Positions 46,221 to 54,870 are shown, counted from the stretch's first letter. The stretch: DNA of 64,000 nucleotides from Acutalibacteraceae bacterium (GCA_045534425.1 JAZSJT010000087.1:1425-65424), one strand, 5' to 3'. The notes: a model not told the origin generated them from the letters alone. Translations and numbers: made by a program.

Positions 46221-46415
46221 TTACTTCATACCCTTTTCATAAGCCTCGATCATCTTTTTTACCATCTGACCGCCGACGGAACCTGCCTGACGTGATGTGA
46301 GATCACCGTTGTAGCCCTGTTTAAGATTTACACCAACTTCAGAAGCGGCTTCCATCTTGAATTTATTAAGAGCTTCTCTTGCCTCGGGGACAAGACTTGA
46401 ATTGCTACCCTTCAT
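46221..46415 (-). CDS. alpha/beta-type small acid-soluble spore protein
   Basis: 64 aa. KFKMEAASEVGV and LTSRQAGSVGGQMVKKMIE are the two conserved SASP blocks. Confidence 0.88.
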   Translation of the reverse strand: MKGSNSSLVPEAREALNKFKMEAASEVGVNLKQGYNGDLTSRQAGSVGGQMVKKMIEAYEKGMK

Positions 46416-46438
46416 TTCATTTCACTCCTTTTGCAAAA

Positions 46439-46469
46439 AGTTTTGTTGCATTTGCATTAGTATTATGCA
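46439..46469 (-). promoter_or_regulatory. possible forespore (sigma-G/F-like) promoter
   Basis: On the minus strand: TGCATA (46469-46464), 18-nt spacer, CAAAACT (46445-46439). Only a partial match to GHATR-N18-CATNNTA. Confidence 0.3.
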
Positions 46470-46570
46470 CACAAAATACTGAATTATTATAAAAAGTTTT
46501 CCCATCGGAAACTGACTTTTTTCTTGTGTGCTGAAAGTATTTTGTGAATTAAAATCTCATATATAACAAG

Positions 46571-46610
46571 AAAAAAAAGGAAAAGCCGAAATTAAATTTA
46601 AGGCTTTTCC
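46571..46610 (-). terminator. intrinsic terminator
   Basis: Arms ggaaaagcc and ggcttttcc. The plus-strand A-run at 46571-46578 is the U-run on the minus strand. Confidence 0.7.
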
Positions 46611-46620
46611 TAATGAAATT

Positions 46621-48609
46621 TTACATATATTTAATATAGGCGATAATTTTTCTGCAGAAAATTTTGAAAGAATCAAAAGATAAACTGATTTTTTCAAAAA
46701 TTTTGCATATGAAAGAGTCGTTATCGGTATTGCTGTCCGTATTTTCGGTGCCTGTGGCTTTTGAATCAAAAACGAATGTGAATCTTCCGCCGGGAGCACA
46801 GTCTCCGTCGGTATAAAACTCAAGTGCATCTTCTCCCGAAACATTATCCGCCCATTTGAAGTTGAATTTTATTTCATCTTCGGTAAGACCGAGAGCATTT
46901 CTCGGAACGGCTATCTGAAGAATGTTATCATCGGCACAGAAATGAGCTTCGCAGACTGTCTGATATTTCCCGTCGCCGAGACATTTTTCAAGCACGGTTT
47001 TTCCGTTTTCGGGAGAAATTCTGTTTAATGTATACTCGAAAGCATTCATATTTTCGGAAATGCCGCTGACATCCGTATCAATGAAAAGTCTCATCCAGTT
47101 GAGGTCTTTACTGTCTGTAAGCGTTGCTGCGGTTTTTACATAAAAATAAATGTTATCGCTGTCAAATGCCACCTTTGCCTGAACTATATCGTTTCTGCCC
47201 GTTGTGTTTTCGTAATGATAACCCATCCAGCCTGCACTGTTTCTGCTTTTTGTGTTGCCCTCATAGTGGTTATATTCGGGAAAAACACTGTCCCACTGTG
47301 AAGCACTGCCGTAAATATCGATTGTTTTTTCGGCTTCGTTTTTATCTGAAGCCGAAACACCCTTGAAGCGGCGGACATTTTCGACTAACTGATAATAGTA
47401 ATGGTCCTTAAGAATGCCGTTTGAGGGTTCAATGTCTCTTGAATATTCGGGGCTGAATTGGTCAGGGAATGCATTTTCAACCTTGTTCCACTCAGTAAAT
47501 CTTCCTGCAATCCATTCGTTGAAGCCTGTAACGAAAATAAATTCGGGATCGTTTTCTATGGCGTAATCCCATTGCTGCTGAAAATTAAGGCCGTAAAGAA
47601 GTGAATTTTCCGTATTTTTATCAACGGTGGTTTCTTTTCCGCCGTAACTGTATGTGTAGGAGAAATATCCGTCAGTGAAGCTTCTGCCCTGTACCGTACC
47701 GATGGGATCATTCATAGCGGTAAGTCCGTTTTCATCTGCATTCTGTGCAACGGAAACACACATCTGTTCAACCTTGCCCGAGACGGTTTTTCCGAATTTG
47801 GTCTGAGGGTAATCGGAGCACCAGCCCCATACTCCGTCAGTCATACTGAAATCCTCGCAGAAATAGGTGGGCTCGTTTTTTCTGAATGTGAAGAAATTGA
47901 ATATTTCTCTGTCCTTGCTGTTTTTTATATCAAGGGCACCTATGGTTGCCATAACGAGAGGCTTGCCTTCCCAATAAAACCACAAATCCTCATATCTTCC
48001 CTGTGAATAAAGGTTGTCATAAATGTCATACAGCTCGGTTCGTATATCTTCGTAATTTCCGAAGTTGAGCATAAAAGCTATATCTGGAGTTTCAACGCCG
48101 TCTTCTCTTGCTTCACTCCACACTTTAAGAAGTGCTTCATAGCCTTCGGTGAAAACATTTGTTGCATTTGTAGCATCAAAAATTACCACATCAATATCAG
48201 CATCTGCCAGAAGCTCTGCGTGCTTTCTTAAAACATATTCATCCGTGTTGGTATAAAAACCCAGAAGCGGTTCTCCCCAGAAATAAGGTCTGCCGTCATA
48301 AGTATCATTCCATGCGGGATGCTCCCAGTCATTTACGGCATCGGGGAAAAGGTCGAGGACACTTCCTGTCGTTATGGGCTCGTGATTGCTTATCCACGGA
48401 TAATGCCATATCCAGTAAAACATTCCTACGAATTTATCTTCTCTTTTTCCGCCTGTTTCTTCATAAGACGAAAGAGTTCTTCCCAGACCGTCGGTTGCAG
48501 CCCATGTATCGGGTTTTATGGTCCGCGTGTCAGCGACACTCGTAAAAGTGAAGCTGCTTAAAATAAATAATGCGGCAAGAAGTAATGAGATAATTTTTTT
48601 TGTTTTCAT
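46621..48609 (-). CDS. secreted glycoside-hydrolase-like protein, family unresolved
   Basis: Signal peptide. N-terminal TIM-barrel-like region (FVGMFYWIWH, IDVVIFDATN). C-terminal beta-sandwich. Aromatic amphipathic tail. AGGAGA RBS. Confidence 0.5.
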   Translation of the reverse strand: MKTKKIISLLLAALFILSSFTFTSVADTRTIKPDTWAATDGLGRTLSSYEETGGKREDKFVGMFYWIWHYPWISNHEPITTGSVLDLFPDAVNDWEHPAWNDTYDGRPYFWGEPLLGFYTNTDEYVLRKHAELLADADIDVVIFDATNATNVFTEGYEALLKVWSEAREDGVETPDIAFMLNFGNYEDIRTELYDIYDNLYSQGRYEDLWFYWEGKPLVMATIGALDIKNSKDREIFNFFTFRKNEPTYFCEDFSMTDGVWGWCSDYPQTKFGKTVSGKVEQMCVSVAQNADENGLTAMNDPIGTVQGRSFTDGYFSYTYSYGGKETTVDKNTENSLLYGLNFQQQWDYAIENDPEFIFVTGFNEWIAGRFTEWNKVENAFPDQFSPEYSRDIEPSNGILKDHYYYQLVENVRRFKGVSASDKNEAEKTIDIYGSASQWDSVFPEYNHYEGNTKSRNSAGWMGYHYENTTGRNDIVQAKVAFDSDNIYFYVKTAATLTDSKDLNWMRLFIDTDVSGISENMNAFEYTLNRISPENGKTVLEKCLGDGKYQTVCEAHFCADDNILQIAVPRNALGLTEDEIKFNFKWADNVSGEDALEFYTDGDCAPGGRFTFVFDSKATGTENTDSNTDNDSFICKIFEKISLSFDSFKIFCRKIIAYIKYM

Positions 48610-48627
48610 AATATTTCTCCTGCTTTG

Positions 48628-49071
48628 TTAATTTCCGTAAGAATTTATTATGCTTTCGGCTATGGCTTTTCTTGTTTTTCTTGATTCCATAGCACGTTGC
48701 TCTATGTATTTATGAGCCTGCTCCTCGTTCATCCCGAAGGAGCTTATGAGTATCATTTTTGCACGGCTTATGAATTTCAGCTCCTGTGCTTTATTTTTCT
48801 GCTCATTATTTCCGTTTTTCATTTTCTGAAGCTTTTTTGCGGTTGAAACAAGAACAATAAGTGATTGCAAAAGAGCTGCTTCTTCGGTTTTTTCTGACAG
48901 TGTAAAAACTTCATAGGGTGATGTTTTTTCTTTTATCTGTGCGAATAAATCATCCTTGGCGAGCAGTAATACTGCATAGAATTTTTTTTCGGCACACTCT
49001 GTTGCAAAATCAAGAGCCAGACCGTCCGAAAGGGGAGTGTCGATAATTATTACGGATACGCTTTGTGTCAT
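48628..49071 (-). CDS. ANTAR-domain RNA-binding regulator (minimal ATG-initiated ORF; the receiver-like sequence continues upstream)
   Basis: C-terminal ANTAR motif (ISRAKMILISSFGMNEEQAHKYIEQRAM). N-terminus starts mid-receiver (VIIIDTPLSDG). The in-frame upstream sequence to 49245 reads as beta1/alpha1/beta2 of a receiver but contains no ATG, GTG or TTG. Confidence 0.6.
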   Translation of the reverse strand: MTQSVSVIIIDTPLSDGLALDFATECAEKKFYAVLLLAKDDLFAQIKEKTSPYEVFTLSEKTEEAALLQSLIVLVSTAKKLQKMKNGNNEQKNKAQELKFISRAKMILISSFGMNEEQAHKYIEQRAMESRKTRKAIAESIINSYGN

Positions 49072-49350
49072 CAGGATTTTTTTTGCTTCGGTGATGCCGT
49101 AAGCACAGAAAATTTTGTTTATTCCGTTTTTTTCAAGACGGGAAGAAAAGGAAGAAAAGAAAGAAAAGAAGCTTTTATGACTGCTGACAATAAGTGCATT
49201 AAGCTCTGTGTTTCCCGTAACAGAACACCTCCCTGTGTCGTAAATTTACATTCGTTCTTTACATTGGCTTATTTATACTATATTATATACTAAAAGAAAT
49301 GCAAATTCCACTGTTTTTTAAGTTACGACAAAAAATGCGGAGGAGATTAA

Positions 49351-50787
49351 ATGAACAATAAGCTTTCTCTTTATATCCTTACCGATACTCATTATCTTTC
49401 CGAAAAGATGTGGGAGGAATGTGAGCACATCAATAATCGGGAAATGGGCGATCAGATTGCAATAAAAAGTACGCCGTATATTCTCAGAAGCTTCTTTAAG
49501 AAAATTATTGAGGATAAGGAAACGGAATATGTTCTTATTACGGGAGACCTCATAAATAACGGTGATAAAGTAAGCCATCTCGATTTTATTGAAGAGCTGA
49601 AAATGCTGACCGATGCCGGAAAAAAAGTTTTTGTGACCGGTGCCACTCACGATTATGCAGGACTTGGTGACGACGAAAACTTTTTTAAGCCCGTTCGATA
49701 TACAAAGAACGGCTGCGTGGAAGCCGAAAGAGTTTATAAAACAGAGCTTCCGTCTTTATATTATGATTTCGGACATAAATATGCCGACAGCATTGATGAA
49801 GAAAGCGGTTCCTATTCCGTAGGCTTTTCGGGCGGCTTCCGTCTTATTGCCATATATGACAACGGAAACGGCAGAAGCCACTGCGGGCTTTTTGACAAAG
49901 GCTTTAATTGGCTTGAAAATGAAATAAAAAAAGCAAATGAAAAAGGGGAGTGGGTATTTTTAGCGGTGCATCATCCCGTGCTTCCCCCCTGGCCCATATA
50001 CAGAGAAATTGCCGATTTTGAGCTTTTCGGCGGATATGAAAGATTAAGAAAAATAATGTGCGAAAACTCCGTCAATGTTGTTTTTACGGGCCATACTCAT
50101 GTTCATGGAATTAAAAAATATGAAGATAAGCAGGGAAGATTTTTCTATGATGTGACAACCTCCGCTCTACCTTCCGCAGAGGGCAGAATGAGAAAGGCTG
50201 TTTTTGATAAAAATGAAGGCACCTGTGAAATTTCCAGTCTTTCAATTGATGAAATTGAAGGTTGGGACACAAACGGTCTTTCGGCACACGATTACATATA
50301 TTCTCTGAATTTCGTGGGGCTGATAGAAAAAAGTCTTCCGCTGATTGATACGGATTGGGAAAAATTTGTTGACAATATGTCCCACGTTTTCAATATTCCG
50401 TTTGTGAAAGAGCATCCGCTGATTTCCAAAAGAATAATTAAGCTTTTCCTTAAACTGAAGATGAGCTTTGCCGCAAGAGTGGGCGGTAAAGCCTGTGGGC
50501 TTACAAAAAAAGAAAAATGCTATCTTAAAAATATGTCTTTAAGTGAAGTTGTATTTAATATTATCGGAAAAGTTTTTGCCGGAAACGGTCCCTATCCCCC
50601 GGACACACCCGAATATAAAGCTATTACGGGAGGACTTTCGCGGCTTATGAAAATTTTCAGGATTTTCGGCTTTGATGCAGATAAGCTTATTCCCGGTGAA
50701 GAAAGTGTACTTGAAACTCTTTGTCATTTCCTGTATAATGATCGCACAGGTGATGATGACAGCATTACAATAAAAATGGAGAAGTGA
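49351..50787 (+). CDS. calcineurin-like metallophosphoesterase
   Basis: Motifs LTDTH, ITGDLINNGD, GATHDY, AVHHP and FTGHTHVH. GGAGG RBS. Confidence 0.75.
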   Translation: MNNKLSLYILTDTHYLSEKMWEECEHINNREMGDQIAIKSTPYILRSFFKKIIEDKETEYVLITGDLINNGDKVSHLDFIEELKMLTDAGKKVFVTGATHDYAGLGDDENFFKPVRYTKNGCVEAERVYKTELPSLYYDFGHKYADSIDEESGSYSVGFSGGFRLIAIYDNGNGRSHCGLFDKGFNWLENEIKKANEKGEWVFLAVHHPVLPPWPIYREIADFELFGGYERLRKIMCENSVNVVFTGHTHVHGIKKYEDKQGRFFYDVTTSALPSAEGRMRKAVFDKNEGTCEISSLSIDEIEGWDTNGLSAHDYIYSLNFVGLIEKSLPLIDTDWEKFVDNMSHVFNIPFVKEHPLISKRIIKLFLKLKMSFAARVGGKACGLTKKEKCYLKNMSLSEVVFNIIGKVFAGNGPYPPDTPEYKAITGGLSRLMKIFRIFGFDADKLIPGEESVLETLCHFLYNDRTGDDDSITIKMEK

Positions 50788-50791
50788 GAAT

Positions 50792-51838
50792 ATGATTAAA
50801 TTTGATTGCGACTATCTTGAGGGTGCACATCCGAGAATTCTTGAGGCACTTGTGAGAACTAATCTTGAACAGACTGCGGGCTATGCGGTTGACCATTACT
50901 GTGAAGAGGCAAGAGCACTTATAAAAAAAGAATGTGAGGCTCCCGATGCTGATGTGCATTTTATTGTGGGAGGAACAGGAACAAATACAACGGTAATTGC
51001 CGCCGCTTTAAGACCTTATCAGGGAGTTGTCTGTGCGGTTTCGGGGCATATTAATGTCCACGAAAGCGGTGCTGTTGAAGGAACGGGACACAAGGTAATC
51101 GGTCTTCCTTCTTCCGACGGAAAGCTTGCCGCAGATGTTTTTGAGGAATATTGCAGAAATTATTGGACAGACGGAACATACGAGCATATGGTTCAGCCTA
51201 AAATGCTTTATATTTCACAGCCCACAGAAAACGGAACTCTCTACAAGGCGGATGAGCTTAAAAAGCTTCGTGAAATATGTGACAAATACTCAATGTATCT
51301 TTATTGCGACGGTGCAAGAATGGGCTACGGGCTTATGTCCGAAGGAAATGATGTGACACTTCCGCTTCTTTCACAGTTATGCGATGTTTTCTATATCGGC
51401 GGAACAAAGGTGGGGGCACTTTTCGGAGAGGCTCTCGTAATAGTGAATGATGAGCTCAAAAAGGATTTCCGATATATGCAGAAAAGACAGTGCGGAATGT
51501 TTGCAAAAGGCAGACTTTTGGGACTTCAGTTCCTTGAAATGTTCAAGGACGGACTTTATTATGAAATGGGTGCAAACGGGATAAAAACCGCCTACAGGGT
51601 GAGAGATGCTTTCAGAAAAGCAGGTTTTCCATTTCTTTATGAGTCTCCCACAAATCAGCAGTTCCCCGTGCTTCCCGATACGGTTCTTGACATTCTTTCG
51701 GAAAAATTCTCTTGGGACTATTGGTGCAGAGTGGATGAAAACCATTCCTGTGTGCGTTTTTGCACATCTTGGGCTACAAGCGAAGAAAATGTTGCGGCTC
51801 TTGAAAAAGAGCTTGAAAAGTTTTCAGTGAACCGATAA
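50792..51838 (+). CDS. PLP-dependent threonine-aldolase / beta-eliminating-lyase family enzyme
   Basis: FDCDYLEGAHPRIL, GGTGTN, and YIGGTKVGA as the likely PLP-lysine region. Confidence 0.6.
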   Translation: MIKFDCDYLEGAHPRILEALVRTNLEQTAGYAVDHYCEEARALIKKECEAPDADVHFIVGGTGTNTTVIAAALRPYQGVVCAVSGHINVHESGAVEGTGHKVIGLPSSDGKLAADVFEEYCRNYWTDGTYEHMVQPKMLYISQPTENGTLYKADELKKLREICDKYSMYLYCDGARMGYGLMSEGNDVTLPLLSQLCDVFYIGGTKVGALFGEALVIVNDELKKDFRYMQKRQCGMFAKGRLLGLQFLEMFKDGLYYEMGANGIKTAYRVRDAFRKAGFPFLYESPTNQQFPVLPDTVLDILSEKFSWDYWCRVDENHSCVRFCTSWATSEENVAALEKELEKFSVNR

Positions 51839-51844
51839 AAGCTA

Positions 51845-51884
51845 AACTCAGGCTAACTTGAATGTAAGCCTGAGTTGTTTTTTT
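51845..51884 (+). terminator. intrinsic terminator
   Basis: Hairpin aactcaggct...agcctgagtt followed by a T-run. Confidence 0.75.
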
Positions 51885-51885
51885 C

Positions 51886-51920
51886 AAAAAAAAAGATGCA
51901 CCTTCCGAAAGGTACATCTT
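51886..51920 (-). terminator. intrinsic terminator for the convergent minus-strand unit
   Basis: Arms aagatgcacct and aggtacatctt (10 of 11 positions pair). The plus-strand A9 run is the U-run on the minus strand. It lies about 130 nt past the stop codon. Confidence 0.6.
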
Positions 51921-52048
51921 TCCGATTGTTGATAAACTCGTTTTTCTAAGCACAGTAAAAAAATACAGTCAATAACTCCGAATAAACAGTCTTTTCCGCT
52001 AATTTCGTTGTGCGTCGGTGTTTGTCATCAATCTCGCCGAGCGAATAA

Positions 52049-52321
52049 TTAAGCCTTTGACTTTGCAAAGCAATCGCTGCAGAGAACTGCTCTGTCATCA
52101 CGGGGCTTGAAGGGAACTTTTGCTTCGCCGCCACAATTGCTGCATGTTGTCACAAAGTATTCTCTTTCGCCCTTTGCAGCCTGCTTACGTGCAACACGGC
52201 ATTCCTTGCAACGCTGGGGTTCGTTTACGAAACCTTTTTCAGCGTAGAATTCCTGTTCACCTGCCGTGAAAACAAATTCGTTGCCGCATTCTTTGCATTG
52301 GAGAGTTTTGTCTTCGTACAT
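52049..52321 (-). CDS. small dual zinc-ribbon protein
   Basis: 90 aa. CKECG...CKEC and CSNCG...CSDC pairs match the widespread 'probable zinc-ribbon' type. Confidence 0.65.
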   Translation of the reverse strand: MYEDKTLQCKECGNEFVFTAGEQEFYAEKGFVNEPQRCKECRVARKQAAKGEREYFVTTCSNCGGEAKVPFKPRDDRAVLCSDCFAKSKA

Positions 52322-52398
52322 TTTGCTACCTCGCTAAAAATTTTTTTACCGTGCATTAACAATACTGTTATTGCGGTATATATCAAACAGCATTGCTG

Positions 52399-53010
52399 TT
52401 ATGACCTTTTTTTATCCAGAAACCTGTTGATTTTTCCCCTGATTCTCTGAATTGCATTGTCAACGGACTTTTCGGATATATTCAGTGTTTCTGAAATTTT
52501 TTTATAAGAGTATTCGGATAAAAACAATCTGAGAACAGAATATTCAAGTGCGGAAAGCTCTGTCTGTAAAAATCTGTTCAGGTTTTCTTCGTCTTCAACA
52601 TCAATCAGTGATTCTTCCACGGTGGTCGGAGCGGGAATGTCTATTTCATCCAACGGAATTTTATTTCCGACGGGAGAATTCTTTTTTGATGAGGCAGTTT
52701 TGACTGCAGCCTTGATGGCGTTGGAAATACATTTTGAAGAATATGTTCTGAATGAAACATTCTTTTCTTCACAAAAAGAATATATTGCGGATAAAAGCCC
52801 TAAAAGACCTTCCTGATGAATGTCATCATAATCAAGAAGACCTTGCAGACAATAATTTGAAAACTTCAGAAAATAATGCTTTGAAGCACCTGTAACATCG
52901 TTTTTATATCTTTCAAAAATCAGTGTTTCTGCTTTTTCGTCACCCGATTGAGCAATTTTTACTAATTCTTCATCTGTAAGGTGAGAAAAAACGGCTGAAT
53001 CAGGTCGCAT
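52399..53010 (-). CDS. sigma-70 family sigma factor, SigH-like
   Basis: Region 2 (IHQEGLLGLLSAI) and region 4 HTH (YSYKKISETLNISEKSVDNAIQRIRGK). The layout resembles Bacillus SigH. Start ATG 53010, behind AGGAG. Confidence 0.65.
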   Translation of the reverse strand: MRPDSAVFSHLTDEELVKIAQSGDEKAETLIFERYKNDVTGASKHYFLKFSNYCLQGLLDYDDIHQEGLLGLLSAIYSFCEEKNVSFRTYSSKCISNAIKAAVKTASSKKNSPVGNKIPLDEIDIPAPTTVEESLIDVEDEENLNRFLQTELSALEYSVLRLFLSEYSYKKISETLNISEKSVDNAIQRIRGKINRFLDKKRS

Positions 53011-53041
53011 AAAGTCTCCTAAATGATAATATAACAACTCT

Positions 53042-53070
53042 AATATACTTTACTTTATTTTGTTTGTCAA
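53042..53070 (-). promoter_or_regulatory. sigma-A-type promoter for the sigma factor gene
   Basis: On the minus strand: TTGACA (53070-53065), 17-nt spacer, TATATT (53047-53042). Confidence 0.55.
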
Positions 53071-53220
53071 GTGTGAAATATGCTTTTTTTGCTTATTTTT
53101 TACTATAATTTGCATAAAAAAGTGAAAAATTTTATGAAAAGAGTAATTTTTTTCTTGAAAATATGCATTATCGTCATTAAATTTTTTAATGACAGGATAT
53201 GAAAATATCAGCTTATACAG

Positions 53221-53250
53221 ATAAAAAACAGGCTCCGCGAGGAACCTGTT
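53221..53250 (-). terminator. intrinsic terminator
   Basis: 10-bp stem aacaggctcc/ggaacctgtt with one wobble pair. The adjacent plus-strand A-run is the U-run on the minus strand. Confidence 0.7.
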
Positions 53251-53276
53251 TTAATGAAACGTAATTTTAAGGCTTA

Positions 53277-54812
53277 TCAGAAAAGGTTTGTGAAAAATCT
53301 TGCGATTACCGCGAACCAGTTGTTGAATTCAGCAAAAAGGAAATCAAGAAAGCCGAGATTTAAGTATGTGCCTTTTATAACGCCGTTATCGGTTTTTTGT
53401 GCAGCATCAAGAAGGAAAGCCTGAGTGTAAACGATTCCGCCTTCACCGAAAACTTCAACTCTTACATAGTTGCCCAAAGCATCTGCATAATCATTAAGGT
53501 CAATTGAAGCTTCGCCGGCTTTTTCTGTTGCGATAAGCTTTCCGTCAGAAATGAAGCGTACTATAAGAGCATCTGTTGTACTTATTGTAATTATATCCTT
53601 TTCTTCATCAACTTCAATTGAGGAAATGCGGGGATCTGCCTTTGCTGTGTTGAAGCCGTTTTCAAGTGTTGAATATGTGATACCGATATCTTCGTCTGCA
53701 TCATACTCGCCGTTTTCAATGCCTTCGATTTTTGCGAGCATTTCTTCGGCAGTGCCGTTTACTTTATTATAAAGCTCTGTTTCACCGTAAAGCTCTTTAA
53801 GGGCTGAAGCTATCTGTGCGAGCTCGTCGTAGTTGCCGAGACAATGGCTTGCTGCAAAAAATTCACCGTTAAGAAGAGCACTCTTGAGTGCTGCGGAGGA
53901 AAACTCGGGAAGAAGTGCAAGTGTGTAGCCTGTGTCAATGACGTCAAGCTGATGTGCATCTGATGTTGCAATAGCATAAACATTTTTGCCGTTTGCTGAA
54001 AATCTGCCGAGAAGATTATCCCAGAGAACTCTGTCAAAGCGTGTTCTGTTGTCGCCCTTTGAGTTTATATCAATACCGATGCAGCTGTCATATTTATCAA
54101 TGAGATATGCAAATTTATTGATATAATAATTATAAACAATATTGCTGTCGTTATAGGCATTTTCGGAACGGATTTCATATCTTGCTTTGGTGTATTCACC
54201 GGGATGGTTGATTACACTTACGCCGCCTGCCTTGTCAACACCGATAACCGCATCCTCATAAGTTGTGATAGAGTTATCGCAATAGTCTGCAAACCAGCTG
54301 TTAATGTGTGCATTTACGGAAATTGCATTGTTTTCAATTCCGTAAGGAACTCTGAGAATTTTTTTGCCGTCTGCAAGTGTGACATAGTCGTCACCGTTAG
54401 ATGCTGTTCCGTAGGTATATGCCATACCGTTGTAGAATGTGCCCTCGTTGCCGAGAGGAGTTATTGCTCCCTCTGTTTTTCCCACAAGGCTCATAGCACC
54501 GAAAATAAGCTTGTTTTCAGAGTTTACTCCCCAGGAATAGTTGACCGTGCCGTGGTCTGTTGTTGCAACGATGTCAAAGCCTGTTTCGGCATGGCGTCCG
54601 ATTGAATTTATAAGAAGGTCGTCGCCGTCACTGGCATTTGTGTGAGTGTGAAGTGCGGTTTTATAAGCGGTTACTTCATTCCAGTTTATGTTTTCATAGG
54701 GGTTTGTAATAGCATAAGAACCGTCTTCTTCTGCTGCAAAAGCCATAAGTGCAAAAGGAAAGCACATAATAACAGCAAGAAAAACTGCAATTACTGATTT
54801 GAAATTTTTCAT
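53277..54812 (-). CDS. secreted PHP-domain metallohydrolase (CehA/McbA-like), paralog 2
   Basis: Signal peptide. Motifs LHTHTNASDG, DHG, VSVINHPGEY and SDAHQ. Extra helical insert. C-terminal beta-sandwich and aromatic tail, as in paralog 1. Confidence 0.65.
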   Translation of the reverse strand: MKNFKSVIAVFLAVIMCFPFALMAFAAEEDGSYAITNPYENINWNEVTAYKTALHTHTNASDGDDLLINSIGRHAETGFDIVATTDHGTVNYSWGVNSENKLIFGAMSLVGKTEGAITPLGNEGTFYNGMAYTYGTASNGDDYVTLADGKKILRVPYGIENNAISVNAHINSWFADYCDNSITTYEDAVIGVDKAGGVSVINHPGEYTKARYEIRSENAYNDSNIVYNYYINKFAYLIDKYDSCIGIDINSKGDNRTRFDRVLWDNLLGRFSANGKNVYAIATSDAHQLDVIDTGYTLALLPEFSSAALKSALLNGEFFAASHCLGNYDELAQIASALKELYGETELYNKVNGTAEEMLAKIEGIENGEYDADEDIGITYSTLENGFNTAKADPRISSIEVDEEKDIITISTTDALIVRFISDGKLIATEKAGEASIDLNDYADALGNYVRVEVFGEGGIVYTQAFLLDAAQKTDNGVIKGTYLNLGFLDFLFAEFNNWFAVIARFFTNLF

Positions 54813-54841
54813 AGAAAAAACTCCTTTTTCTGAATTTACAT

Positions 54842-54870
54842 TATTTTAACACAAAAAAATTTTTATATCA
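54842..54870 (-). promoter_or_regulatory. sigma-A-type promoter for PHP paralog 2
   Basis: On the minus strand: TTGATA (54870-54865), 17-nt spacer, TAAAAT (54847-54842) with an extended -10 TG. Confidence 0.5.

Noticed and set aside
49063-49293. 76-aa + strand ORF in the ANTAR upstream region
   Set aside because: It overlaps the minus-strand frame that reads as a receiver-domain N-terminus, has no RBS, and owes much of its openness to the purine tract.
53173-53193. The AT-rich 9-bp inverted repeat as a definite operator
   Set aside because: Palindromes of this composition arise easily in AT-rich spacers. It is mentioned only as context in the sigma-factor finding.
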